A stretch of DNA of 50,685 nt from Bdellovibrionota bacterium (GTDB taxonomy: Bacteria; Bdellovibrionota_C; UBA2361; JBGSMV01). Both the position numbers and the translations under genes were made by a program. The notes under the pieces were generated by a model. It had not been told where the DNA came from, searched no databases, and saw nothing but the letters and a program-made list of their open reading frames with translations. Numbering within the stretch: the stretch's first letter is position 1; each line of letters starts with the position of its first letter. This document shows, in pieces, positions 26,351 through 35,527 of this stretch. The stretch spans positions 1-50,685 of the forward strand of contig JBGSMV010000020.1 of the NCBI GenBank assembly GCA_041739995.1, in the 5' to 3' direction.

Positions 26351-27013
26351 TCACTGATTCGGGTTGAAGCGGTTGAGATACGCCGTGAGATCGGAAATCG
26401 CATCAGAAGTGAAGGCCCCGATATAGAGATTCATTTCTGGAACGTCAGAGAAAGCTACCTCAATCTCCGAATAGGTCTTATCGCGAGGTTCGGCTTGAAT
26501 TGATCCGTTGTGGCACCCCGCACATGATGAACCAAACAATATCAGACCCTCATCCTCGTTTCCTACTTGTCCATTTGGAATGCCAAAACATGAAGTATTT
26601 CGGTTCATGTCGTAACAGCCTTGCGACTGAGGAGTCGGAGTGGCCGTCGGAAGGGTAGGAGTAGGAGTTGGCGGTGGGCCATTGGTACAAGAACTGGCTT
26701 CCCTACGTTGAGTCTTTTTTATCTTTGCAAGCTTCTTGTCCACCTTAGCCTGATCTGCATCGGAGGACGCGAGCCGTTTATCTTTTTTGAGAGCGCGTAT
26801 CTGAGCCGCACGGCTAGTAAATACCCCAGGCGTGCTGAGCTTAGTGACTCCAGGAATCCATTTTCCGCCTACCATGCCGCACGAAGTAGTACCGGACTGA
26901 AAGATATCAGAGAGCGGTAGCGTCACCTTCTTAGGACGCGTAGCCGCAGATGCGGTTGCTATAGAGAAAATCACGCTGCACAGAGTCAATGCGGTCAGAA
27001 ATTTAGTCTTCAT
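26351..27013 (-). CDS. Secreted monoheme c-type cytochrome with an N-terminal Lys-rich module and PT linker
   Basis: Signal peptide ending ASA; CAGCH heme motif; candidate distal Met in VPEM; DLTAYL C-terminal helix. Confidence 0.78.
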   Translation of the reverse strand: MKTKFLTALTLCSVIFSIATASAATRPKKVTLPLSDIFQSGTTSCGMVGGKWIPGVTKLSTPGVFTSRAAQIRALKKDKRLASSDADQAKVDKKLAKIKKTQRREASSCTNGPPPTPTPTLPTATPTPQSQGCYDMNRNTSCFGIPNGQVGNEDEGLILFGSSCAGCHNGSIQAEPRDKTYSEIEVAFSDVPEMNLYIGAFTSDAISDLTAYLNRFNPNQ

Positions 27014-27031
27014 GCCGTAGTATTCCCTTCA

Positions 27032-28387
27032 CTATGCCGGCCGAATGATACCAAGTGGAGTGCGGGTGAAGCCCGGGAAAACGGCAGAGGGATTCAAGGA
27101 GAGGCCCTGAATGATGTCGCAGTACACATCTCGAATTTTTATCTGTGCATCGATGCCGTTTTGAGGCCTTTGAAGCTCGGCGACCGTAAAGTCTTGGCCA
27201 TACATTCCGCCTGCAACAGCTCCTCCAAGCAAAAACACTATTGAGGCATCAGCATGGTCAAGCCCCTTGGTCACGTTCTCATAATTCGTTCTTCCGAATT
27301 CAGAATTTATCACAATGATCATGTCGCTCCATATGCCCGCATTCTCGCAGTTCAGACGAAAGGCATTCAGGGCCAAATTAAGGTCTCGAAGCCGAGCAGA
27401 CATCCCCATTCGTGCGTTTGGATTCTGGCCCTGTGGGTCGGAATTCTCGTGGACGTCGTATCCACCTGTCTCGGCGTATCCGAATTGAGTGGGGAGCTGT
27501 CGAAAGCTGATATAGATATCCCTCAGTTGTCGGCCAATACCCGTGTTAGGAAACTGAGCTGTGAGTAACGAACATGTACCGTTATTCGAATTGTAGGTCC
27601 CGCATCCCGTCGTGAAAGCGGTTCCAACGGCGGCCACGGTTTGATTTAGCTGCGCCCAATTCTGTTTGATAGCCGCCGGTAAAGCGCCAGTGCCGTTTGC
27701 GGATGAGATGATTGATTGAGCGGTGGCCATTCTGAAGCCATACTCGCCGGTCGAGGTGGTTCCCAGCTCGGCTCGGTACCCAAAGTCAGCCAAGGAATTG
27801 AGAGCCGTTGGTCTAAATTGCGCACTCTGAACCGTGGCGCCGGTGGCTATTCCGCCACCGGTTAGATCTATTACACGGTAACTATCTGAGATGGCATTAG
27901 CCTCCATGATTTTTTGAATCCAGCCCGTATCATCAACGGTGTTTCCGCTATCTACCCCAGTTTGGTGGTCCTTTTGAGCCTCCTCATGTGAGCCGGTGTT
28001 GTTCGTAACTATGCCGCCCTTAAGTAAGATCGCACACTCACTAGGCGAACGGTTAAAGAGCGTTTGGAACTCGGTCATCTGATCATGCAGGGTGTAGTTT
28101 GAACCGTTGAGGGACAGGCGGGTGAAGGGCGCCCCCACGTTGTTCAAGAGCGGCGCTCCAATGGTCGGCCTATTAGTCAAGAGTTGACTCATCACGCTCC
28201 CGAATCCCGTTGGCTGAACGGGGATAAACATGTCACAGCCACCATTTAAAAAGACGTTCACCACCTTTCGCCCTGCGATCGGCGCGGCACTCGCGTCTCT
28301 TAAGAAGAGGCGTGACATCCCGAGGGTTGATGCGGTCGCCCCGGCACTTACTATCTTAAGAAATCCTCGTCTACTTACCTTGCTCAT
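27032..28387 (-). CDS. DUF1501 family protein, Tat-exported
   Basis: SRRGFLK twin-arginine signal; FLNGGCD, GSHEEA, GGYDVH, SEFGRT, GLDH, LGGAVAGGMYG. Confidence 0.85.
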   Translation of the reverse strand: MSKVSRRGFLKIVSAGATASTLGMSRLFLRDASAAPIAGRKVVNVFLNGGCDMFIPVQPTGFGSVMSQLLTNRPTIGAPLLNNVGAPFTRLSLNGSNYTLHDQMTEFQTLFNRSPSECAILLKGGIVTNNTGSHEEAQKDHQTGVDSGNTVDDTGWIQKIMEANAISDSYRVIDLTGGGIATGATVQSAQFRPTALNSLADFGYRAELGTTSTGEYGFRMATAQSIISSANGTGALPAAIKQNWAQLNQTVAAVGTAFTTGCGTYNSNNGTCSLLTAQFPNTGIGRQLRDIYISFRQLPTQFGYAETGGYDVHENSDPQGQNPNARMGMSARLRDLNLALNAFRLNCENAGIWSDMIIVINSEFGRTNYENVTKGLDHADASIVFLLGGAVAGGMYGQDFTVAELQRPQNGIDAQIKIRDVYCDIIQGLSLNPSAVFPGFTRTPLGIIRPA

Positions 28388-28426
28388 ACCCGCCTCTCCT
28401 ATTTAGGATTGTCTTTTCCCTCAAAT

Positions 28427-30556
28427 CTATTTGCTCAGAAAATGAGGGTGCATCGCCATAAACACATACAGATAGCGCGCTTTATTATTTTGATGATTGG
28501 TGTTTGAAAAGCCATTTGCTTCGCTTGGAATTCCGTTCAGTAGGTTGTCGTACTTGGCTCTCGTGTACTGGATGCCATTATTGGGATTATAGTTGTAATC
28601 CATGTAGTAGACCAACTGATCAACGTCGTCGTTACTGAGCGTCACCCCAAGTTTGTTAGCGACGAATTGAATCACTTCTGCTGCGGTGTAGTCGCCCTCT
28701 GGGAGCACGCGCTGCGGCATCCATCCGAGGCCATTTCCGTCCACTAGCCGAGCGAGTTCGGTGCTACCAAGGAGATACGCCGTAGTTAAGTTCGCAGTCT
28801 CCATAAGTGTGTAAGGCCGAGACCAGTTCGCATCAGGGAAGAAGAACACTCCTTCTGAGGGAAGGGTCGTGGTATATCCCATTCGAGCCACACTCCCCTG
28901 AGTGTAGGCTACGACGAATTCCTGGTCGGGAGTTCCTTCACGCTGATTGATATTGATTCCTACCTCCAGAGTCTGTGAACCGATGTCATGGCGTGCCATC
29001 TCCAAAGTACGCGCAAGCTCAACCGCAACCTGGAACGAGTTCTTCGCTACGGTATTCTTATAGTTGCCATGATAGAACGCCTTAGATAGCAAGAGTGTTC
29101 GAAGGCTCGCGTCCAAATCGTAGTTATTCGCTACCAGCACTTGCGAAAAGGTTTTGATCAGCTCCTGAGGCGGAGCGGCGGTGACATACCAGCGCAGGAT
29201 TTCTTTGGAGATAAAGAGCGGCGCTCCGGGATGTTTCTCGAGGATGCCGAACACCACCTCTGAATCGGAAGACGAGCTAAACTGGTGGGGCTCTCCCTCG
29301 AAGATTGGAAGAATCGCTGGATCATGATCTTCGGGGCTAAATACTCCCCGCCATCTTTGGATGCCTCCTCCGTCGGTAAAGGGGGACACTCTCCATCCGC
29401 TGATGTTGCGCGCGATACGGTAGATATCACCAAGCGTACGGTTTCCCCCATTTCGGAATTCCACATAGTTGTCGACCAACACTCCCGTGGCTTCATCAAA
29501 TCTCTGGGTTCCGACAGTAAAGAGCTCTTGGAGTTCGCGGGCGTAGTTCTCATTTACATTTCCCAAAACATTCTGGTTGTTGCTGAGCCACAGCAGCATC
29601 ATAGGAGAGCGCTGTGCGCGCACCAGTTGAACCGCAAACTTTGACTTTCCCGGAAACGCTTGGGCAAAATCTGTGGGAAGTGGAAGATTGTAGGCGATTT
29701 CGCCAAGCAAATTGAAATAATCCCACCACAGCACGAACTGTGGGTTTCCAGCAGTCGAATTGCTTAATACGTCGTGCCCAACCGTCCAAAGCCCGAGCAA
29801 GAAGTGCCGGAGATTCTCTCGGAAGGGGTTTCTGGTGTTGATGGCGAGCTCCAGGGCAGCTTGTCGAAATCCTCGAAAACGAAAGCTGTCTCTCGTTTGA
29901 GTCAGGAGGTCACCAAGACCCGACCCGCCTCCGACACCATTTGAAGCATTTTTTCTGTCCTCAATGCGATCCGCCAAGGTCGCATCCTCAGCTTTGACCA
30001 GCATCAACTCATCCACTGCAGTTGCAAGCCCGGTGGAGAGTGCTTTATCAACAACCGCTTGTTCACCCGAACTTCGGCCGTAAGCTGCCTTCTCGAGGAG
30101 ATACCGCACCGTTTCCTCAGATACCGGACCGGAATAGGCCTCCATGGAGAACTCGTCAGGTATTACCGTGGGAGTAGGAGTAGGCTGTATTGGCCCGGCG
30201 GTGCAGGTTTGCTTCGCATTAGATTGGTAACGCTTGAGGGACTTCTTTTCCTTGTTGAGCTTCTTAATCAGCTTTGCATCATCCTCCGCGTCGAGGCCCT
30301 TAAGCTGCTTTAGAATCTCCTTAAGTCGGACGCCTACTTTCTGAAACTTGTTTCTCTTGGCGCGGATAGGGATCCACTTGTTCTTTACAAGGGCGCAGGT
30401 GATCGGGTTTCCATCGGTCCCGGTTCCCTCAAACATATTTTCTGGACTGGGGGAGAAAAGCGATCGAGTCTTGGGTCCATTGGCTGCATGGGCAGAGTCT
30501 CCTAAGAGTAGGGAGAATGAGAAAATTGTAACCGCTATAATCGTTGAATACTTCAT
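28427..30556 (-). CDS. DUF1800 family protein, secreted, with an N-terminal Lys-rich module
   Basis: Signal peptide ending AHA; SPMMLLWLSN...NENYARELQELFTVG; upstream of DUF1501 as is typical. Confidence 0.85.
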   Translation of the reverse strand: MKYSTIIAVTIFSFSLLLGDSAHAANGPKTRSLFSPSPENMFEGTGTDGNPITCALVKNKWIPIRAKRNKFQKVGVRLKEILKQLKGLDAEDDAKLIKKLNKEKKSLKRYQSNAKQTCTAGPIQPTPTPTVIPDEFSMEAYSGPVSEETVRYLLEKAAYGRSSGEQAVVDKALSTGLATAVDELMLVKAEDATLADRIEDRKNASNGVGGGSGLGDLLTQTRDSFRFRGFRQAALELAINTRNPFRENLRHFLLGLWTVGHDVLSNSTAGNPQFVLWWDYFNLLGEIAYNLPLPTDFAQAFPGKSKFAVQLVRAQRSPMMLLWLSNNQNVLGNVNENYARELQELFTVGTQRFDEATGVLVDNYVEFRNGGNRTLGDIYRIARNISGWRVSPFTDGGGIQRWRGVFSPEDHDPAILPIFEGEPHQFSSSSDSEVVFGILEKHPGAPLFISKEILRWYVTAAPPQELIKTFSQVLVANNYDLDASLRTLLLSKAFYHGNYKNTVAKNSFQVAVELARTLEMARHDIGSQTLEVGININQREGTPDQEFVVAYTQGSVARMGYTTTLPSEGVFFFPDANWSRPYTLMETANLTTAYLLGSTELARLVDGNGLGWMPQRVLPEGDYTAAEVIQFVANKLGVTLSNDDVDQLVYYMDYNYNPNNGIQYTRAKYDNLLNGIPSEANGFSNTNHQNNKARYLYVFMAMHPHFLSK

Positions 30557-31056
30557 AACAACCCTTTGAATCTGGTCTCCGAAGAGCCGCCTCCAGCGAA
30601 CTCTCGCCCCACCGGTGTGTTTTCTCTTCCTTGGGCACACGCTGCCCCTAGGCCTTCAGAGCAAGATCTGCACCAACACAACCGGTCCTGGTCTGCCTCG
30701 TGGTACCTAGGGAATAAGTCCTGTTGGATTCGTCCTCTAGGTACCTGTACACCCACGTCCCATTCCACCTCTTCGTCCCTTAAGGACAGGATAATGGAAC
30801 GTTACTACCCTCGTCGGTGCACTAGTGCGGGAATCCATTAGAACAAGCTGCGACTTTGAACTAAGGCACCCTCCACCGATTGGTATCGGTTCGATCTTCA
30901 AAACGGTAAAGCGTTTGAAGGTCCCTAAAATCCTAGAGTGGGTCAAAAGGTTGGGTGTGCCGGTGCCACTGAATCCGAACTCCTTTCAGGCCATTATCCC
31001 GGTTGCAGAGGGCAAAACTGAGCGATATCCAGGTGCCACACAATTCGCTAGACTTC

Positions 31057-31217
31057 GTAGTGTGCTGAGTCAGAAGTTCATTCAAGTATTTTTCTCGCTG
31101 TTCTCGCTGTTCTCGCTGTTCTCGCTGTTCTCGTTGTGTAATTCATTAAATATATTCACAAAGAGAGCAGCGAGCTCGGCGAGAATTATTCATCGAACTC
31201 GTAACTCAGGACACTAG
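31057..31217 (-). mobile_element. MITE-like element, family B copy 3 (reverse orientation, expanded 9-nt array)
   Basis: TIRs gtagtgtgctgagtcagaagttc / gaactcgtaactcaggacactag (18 of 23 match); ttctcgctg x4 plus ttctcgttg at 31092-31136. Confidence 0.82.
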
Positions 31218-31224
31218 GCATCGT

Positions 31225-31539
31225 ATGAAGAAGTCACTTGTCGCCCCCCCAGACCCCTTTGGACTTTCGCCACTTGCCCTGTTGCTTCCGGTAATCGGGC
31301 AAGTCGGCGGCCTCACGCCTCTTACCTCTTCTCTGTTTGCTCGATTTGAAAAGGTGCAGGCGCTTAAAACTGAAGTTAGTTCCGGTGCGGGCGCTGATTC
31401 AGCGCGAACAGCGTTTCGTCGGCTTGCAGCCGAGGAGGCAATGCTCAAAGAGGTTCTCGATTGGCTCGCGGTGAAACCAGAGCAGTCCGGTGTTCCCTCT
31501 GAAAAGGCGCAGTTAGCCGAAGGGGGATCTGATCAATGA
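31225..31539 (+). CDS. Hypothetical helical protein, coupled to the TPR gene
   Basis: 104 aa; ATGA overlap with 31536. Confidence 0.6.
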   Translation: MKKSLVAPPDPFGLSPLALLLPVIGQVGGLTPLTSSLFARFEKVQALKTEVSSGAGADSARTAFRRLAAEEAMLKEVLDWLAVKPEQSGVPSEKAQLAEGGSDQ

Positions 31540-31970
31540 AAGCAGCAAGGCCAAGGCTCAGTTCAGAAGTTCTTAAGCGCGGCTATTCGGATGAAGAGAT
31601 AGCGCATATTTATGAGCTCGCCAGATTCTCGATTGAGATTGGAGAGTTTCGGCGCGGCGAATTAATCGCCTCTGGGCTTGTTGAGGTAGCTCCAGAGTTT
31701 GCCCCAGCGTGGTTGTGTGTGGCGTTTGTGCACTTACACAATCGTGCCTATGACCAGGCTATCCAGGCGGCTCAGCACGCCCTTAAGGTGGACTCTGGCT
31801 CAGAAGCGGCACTGCTGTACCTTGTAAGTGGCTACCTGGGGGCTGAAGACTATAATTCAGCCGGCACACACTTAGGGGAGCTGGGTGAGCTGTTTGAAAG
31901 TGGGGGGCTTGATGACCCACATGCACTGCGATTCTACCGGGCGCTTTTAGCGCGCTATCAGAATCGATAG
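31536..31970 (+). CDS. TPR protein resembling SycD/LcrH-class (or SctY) T3SS chaperones
   Basis: GYSDEEIAHIYELA...GEFRRGELIASGLVEVAPEFAPAWL...YDQAIQAAQHALKVD, a three-TPR pattern. Confidence 0.65.
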   Translation: MKAARPRLSSEVLKRGYSDEEIAHIYELARFSIEIGEFRRGELIASGLVEVAPEFAPAWLCVAFVHLHNRAYDQAIQAAQHALKVDSGSEAALLYLVSGYLGAEDYNSAGTHLGELGELFESGGLDDPHALRFYRALLARYQNR

Positions 31971-32082
31971 TCTGTGCGCCTCTGAGATGACTTCAGCTCA
32001 AGATCCGGGTACAAGTTCCCCAGCGATTCACCACTGATTTCGCTACGATTCTCTGAATTGCATCTATTGGGGTGTTACTATT

Positions 32083-33774
32083 ATGGCTCTGCCAAAGAGA
32101 GCGCTTATTACCGCGGCCCTTCCATATTCCAATGGGCGGCTGCACGTTGGCCACATTGTAGGGGCTTACCTGCCGTCTGATACCTACGTCAGGTTCCTAA
32201 GACTCAACGGTGTGCCCGTGCGCTTTATCTGCGGTTCCGATGACCACGGGGTGGCGATTATCCTCACCGCTCAGCGCGAGAATCGCACGCCCGCCGAAGT
32301 CTCTAAGCATTATCACGGCGTTCAGCTCGAGGCCTTTAAGGGACTTCGCATAGAGTTTGATATCTACAGCTCGACTAGCCGCAACCCATACCATGCTCCG
32401 TTAAGCCAAGAGTTTTTCACGCGCACTCTCGAAAAAGGATTCTTCGAGAAGAGAAGTACACGACAGTTTTATGATCCCAAATCCGCTCAATTTCTTCCCG
32501 ATCGTTTTGTACGCGGTACGTGTGGATTTTGTGGGACGCTGGATCAAAACGGTGACCAGTGCGAGCAGTGCGGCAAAATGCTCGATGTTGAATCGCTCAA
32601 AGACGCACGCAGTGTGATGAGCGGAGATCCTGCTACGGTGAAGGATACCGTGCACTGGTTTCTTGATCTGTCTCGGTTTCAAGCAGATGTGGCACGTTGG
32701 ATTGAGAAAGCTACGCTGCGTGATCACACCAAGAAATACGTGGAAGGCCTGATAGCGAATGGCTTCGTGCAGCGCTCCATGACCAGAGACCTGACTTGGG
32801 GCGTGCCGGTGCCTCTGTCTGACCCAGAAGCTCAGGGCAAAGTCTTGTACGTGTGGTTTGATGCACCGATTGGATACATTTCAAACACCAAAGAGCTTTG
32901 CGAAATCCAGGATGGAAACCCTGAGGGCTTTAGCGACTGGTGGCAATCTGAAGATTGCGACGTGTTCCATTTCATCGGCGAGGACAACACTATCTTTCAC
33001 TGCATGGTGTGGATAGCGATGTTGCAGGCGCATGGAGCGTATCAGCTTCCGCGCGGCGTAATCGTAAATCAATTCATGAACATTCAGTTTCCGGGCAAAG
33101 AAGAGACTAAAATCTCTAAGTCGCGCGGTACTGCGATTTGGATTGATGAATACCTCGCTGGTGGCGGTGATCCTGACGCGCTGCGTTACTACCTAACCAT
33201 GATTTCTACCGAGCGCTCAAAGAGCACCTATCAGCCGGCAGATTTGATACAGCGCCAGAACTCAGAGCTCGCCAATGTGCTCGGTAACTTTGTGAACCGA
33301 GTGCTTTCTTTTACTGTGAAAAATTACGGCCCAACCGTCCCAAGCGCCGAGGAGAAAAGCACCTCGGACGTTGACCATCAATTTAATGAGAAGCGTCTCG
33401 CGGCTGCAAAGCGTGTTGCTCAATCGCTTGAGGAGTTTAGCTTTAAGCAGGCACTTGAGCAGGTGATGGAGTTCGCCAGGGAATGCAATCGTTATATTGA
33501 TGAAAAGGCTCCTTGGGCTACGCGGAAAACTGACGAAGCACTTACCAAGACTACGCTAAACTTTGCGATTCAAGCGATTCGCTCCCTTGGCATTATGCTT
33601 TTGCCATTCATGCCGACCACAGGCGAGAAGATCCTTGGATTTCTTGCGCTGGATGCGAGTGCGGCTACTTGGGGCGATGCTTCGAGCCAGCTTCCGTCTG
33701 GGCATGCCATTGGAGAGCCAAAGATTCTTTTCCAGAAAATTGAAGCAGAGGCAGCAGCCTCACCGAAAGAGTAG
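32083..33774 (+). CDS. metG: Methionine--tRNA ligase (no C-terminal tRNA-binding appendix)
   Basis: ALPYSNGRLHVGH, CGSDDHG, Zn knuckle CGFC/CEQC, YVWFDAPIGY, KISKS. Confidence 0.96.
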   Translation: MALPKRALITAALPYSNGRLHVGHIVGAYLPSDTYVRFLRLNGVPVRFICGSDDHGVAIILTAQRENRTPAEVSKHYHGVQLEAFKGLRIEFDIYSSTSRNPYHAPLSQEFFTRTLEKGFFEKRSTRQFYDPKSAQFLPDRFVRGTCGFCGTLDQNGDQCEQCGKMLDVESLKDARSVMSGDPATVKDTVHWFLDLSRFQADVARWIEKATLRDHTKKYVEGLIANGFVQRSMTRDLTWGVPVPLSDPEAQGKVLYVWFDAPIGYISNTKELCEIQDGNPEGFSDWWQSEDCDVFHFIGEDNTIFHCMVWIAMLQAHGAYQLPRGVIVNQFMNIQFPGKEETKISKSRGTAIWIDEYLAGGGDPDALRYYLTMISTERSKSTYQPADLIQRQNSELANVLGNFVNRVLSFTVKNYGPTVPSAEEKSTSDVDHQFNEKRLAAAKRVAQSLEEFSFKQALEQVMEFARECNRYIDEKAPWATRKTDEALTKTTLNFAIQAIRSLGIMLLPFMPTTGEKILGFLALDASAATWGDASSQLPSGHAIGEPKILFQKIEAEAAASPKE

Positions 33775-33792
33775 GTCGTCAGGAGAAAAAAA

Positions 33793-35451
33793 ATGCGAAC
33801 TCGAACCGCGTTGTTAAGCGTCTCGGATAGAACCAACTTAGAAGTCCTTGCCAAGGGCTTGGCAGAGAGGGGGTTTGAGCTTCTTACTACCTCGGGCTCT
33901 GGAGCTTTTCTTAAAACTCATGGCATTAGCTCTCGATCGATTGAGGACTATACCGGGCAGGCTGAGATTTTTGGCGGACGAGTAAAAACGCTCCACCCCA
34001 AAATCTACGCGGGAATTCTGGCCAGGCGGGATGTCCCAGGCGATCTGCAAATGCTTGAGAAAGACGACATTTTGCCCATCGATGTCGTGGCGGTGAACTT
34101 ATACCCCTTCCGTGACGCCCTGCAGAGAGATCGCGCCGCTGCTGAAGGAGAATGCTCTGAAGAAGAGATGATTGAGTTAATCGACATTGGCGGCCCGAGC
34201 ATGATTCGTGCGGCGGCAAAGAATCATCAAGCGGTATTGCCGCTCATTGATCCTAAAGACTACGCACTTGGACTGGAAATTCTTGCGGGAAAGTTTGGCG
34301 AGCTTGAAGAGGAAGGGCTTCGTCGCCAGTTGGCCGCAAAAATATTTGCCCTGTTGTCTGATGATGGCATTGCGGTGGCGAGTTTTCTGTCGGGCGAGCG
34401 TCCGCTGAGCATGCCTCGCGCAAGGCAATTGTCGCTTGAAATGAGCCAAGCGGCAGAGCCGAGTAAGAATGTGATGGATCGATGGACTGGCGTGGTGCTG
34501 CACAGCAGTTCCGCGCTTCGTTATGGAGAGAATCCGCACCAGGCTGCCAGCTTTTTTCAAGGTGCTGGCACTAGTAGTGCAGAGGACAGCACTCACAGCG
34601 CAGTGAAGCCTGCCTGGCGCATCACCGGTGGCAAGGCGCTCTCTTACAATAACCTACTCGATGTCGACGCCATGGCGCGTATTCTGGAGACTTGTGGAGC
34701 TGAAACGACCACCGCCGTGGTGGTGAAACATCTTAACCCCTGCGGTGCAGCACGTGGTAGTTCTGCGCTTGATGCACTGCAGAGAGCTAAGCGCTCGGAT
34801 CCGCGCAGTCACTTCGGCGGTATCATAGGCTTTACTGTCCCAGTATCGGTCGAAGCGGCCCAAGAAATTCGCGAAGATTTTGCTGAGGTTGTGGTAGCTC
34901 CGGCCTATGAGCCAGGTGCCCTAGACGTGCTGGCCAAGAGTAAGAATCTTCGGGTAATTGAGATTGATTTGCAGGCCCTGGCCGGTCGGCGCGAGGTTCG
35001 TTCAGTACTAGATGGGTTTCTGGTTCAAGAGCGGGACGGAAAGCTCTCCTCATTTTCTGAGTGGCAATTAGCAACTCCCGGCTCGCCTTCCAAGGCTCAG
35101 CAAACTGATTTGAGCATGGCCTGGGCTTTGTGTGCTCACGTGAAGTCGAATGCCATTGTTATTGTTAAAGACGGGATGTTGGTAGGCGTGGGAGCAGGCC
35201 AGATGAGTCGCATCGATTCGGTCGAAGTGGCGCTGCTAAAAGCACGTACTCACGCACATGTGTTGGATGGCGCCGTTGCTGCTTCTGACGCATTTTTCCC
35301 GTTTCCAGACGGTGTTGAAGTGCTTGCCAAAGCTGGAGTGAAAGCGGTGGTAGCGCCTTCGGGTGCTAAGCGAGACGCCGAGATAGTGGCAACCGCGGCT
35401 GAGCACGGGGTCCTTCTTTTCTTGAGTGGCGATAGGCATTTTCGCCACTAG
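33793..35451 (+). CDS. purH: Bifunctional AICAR transformylase / IMP cyclohydrolase
   Basis: ALLSVSD, GGRVKTLHP, IDIGGPSM, LRYGENPHQ, KHLNPCG, GAGQMSR, ASDAFFPF, RHFRH. Confidence 0.96.
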   Translation: MRTRTALLSVSDRTNLEVLAKGLAERGFELLTTSGSGAFLKTHGISSRSIEDYTGQAEIFGGRVKTLHPKIYAGILARRDVPGDLQMLEKDDILPIDVVAVNLYPFRDALQRDRAAAEGECSEEEMIELIDIGGPSMIRAAAKNHQAVLPLIDPKDYALGLEILAGKFGELEEEGLRRQLAAKIFALLSDDGIAVASFLSGERPLSMPRARQLSLEMSQAAEPSKNVMDRWTGVVLHSSSALRYGENPHQAASFFQGAGTSSAEDSTHSAVKPAWRITGGKALSYNNLLDVDAMARILETCGAETTTAVVVKHLNPCGAARGSSALDALQRAKRSDPRSHFGGIIGFTVPVSVEAAQEIREDFAEVVVAPAYEPGALDVLAKSKNLRVIEIDLQALAGRREVRSVLDGFLVQERDGKLSSFSEWQLATPGSPSKAQQTDLSMAWALCAHVKSNAIVIVKDGMLVGVGAGQMSRIDSVEVALLKARTHAHVLDGAVAASDAFFPFPDGVEVLAKAGVKAVVAPSGAKRDAEIVATAAEHGVLLFLSGDRHFRH

Positions 35452-35527
35452 CCTGGGCTCTCTTGATCGCGAATTAACTTGACCGCAATGTGAATGCCGC
35501 TGAGCAAAAGTCTTTCGGAGTGATGAG

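Noticed and set aside
30825..31217. 130-aa ORF with FSL repeats
   Set aside because: Its 3' half is MITE B3, and the FSL repeats are the translated 9-mer array.
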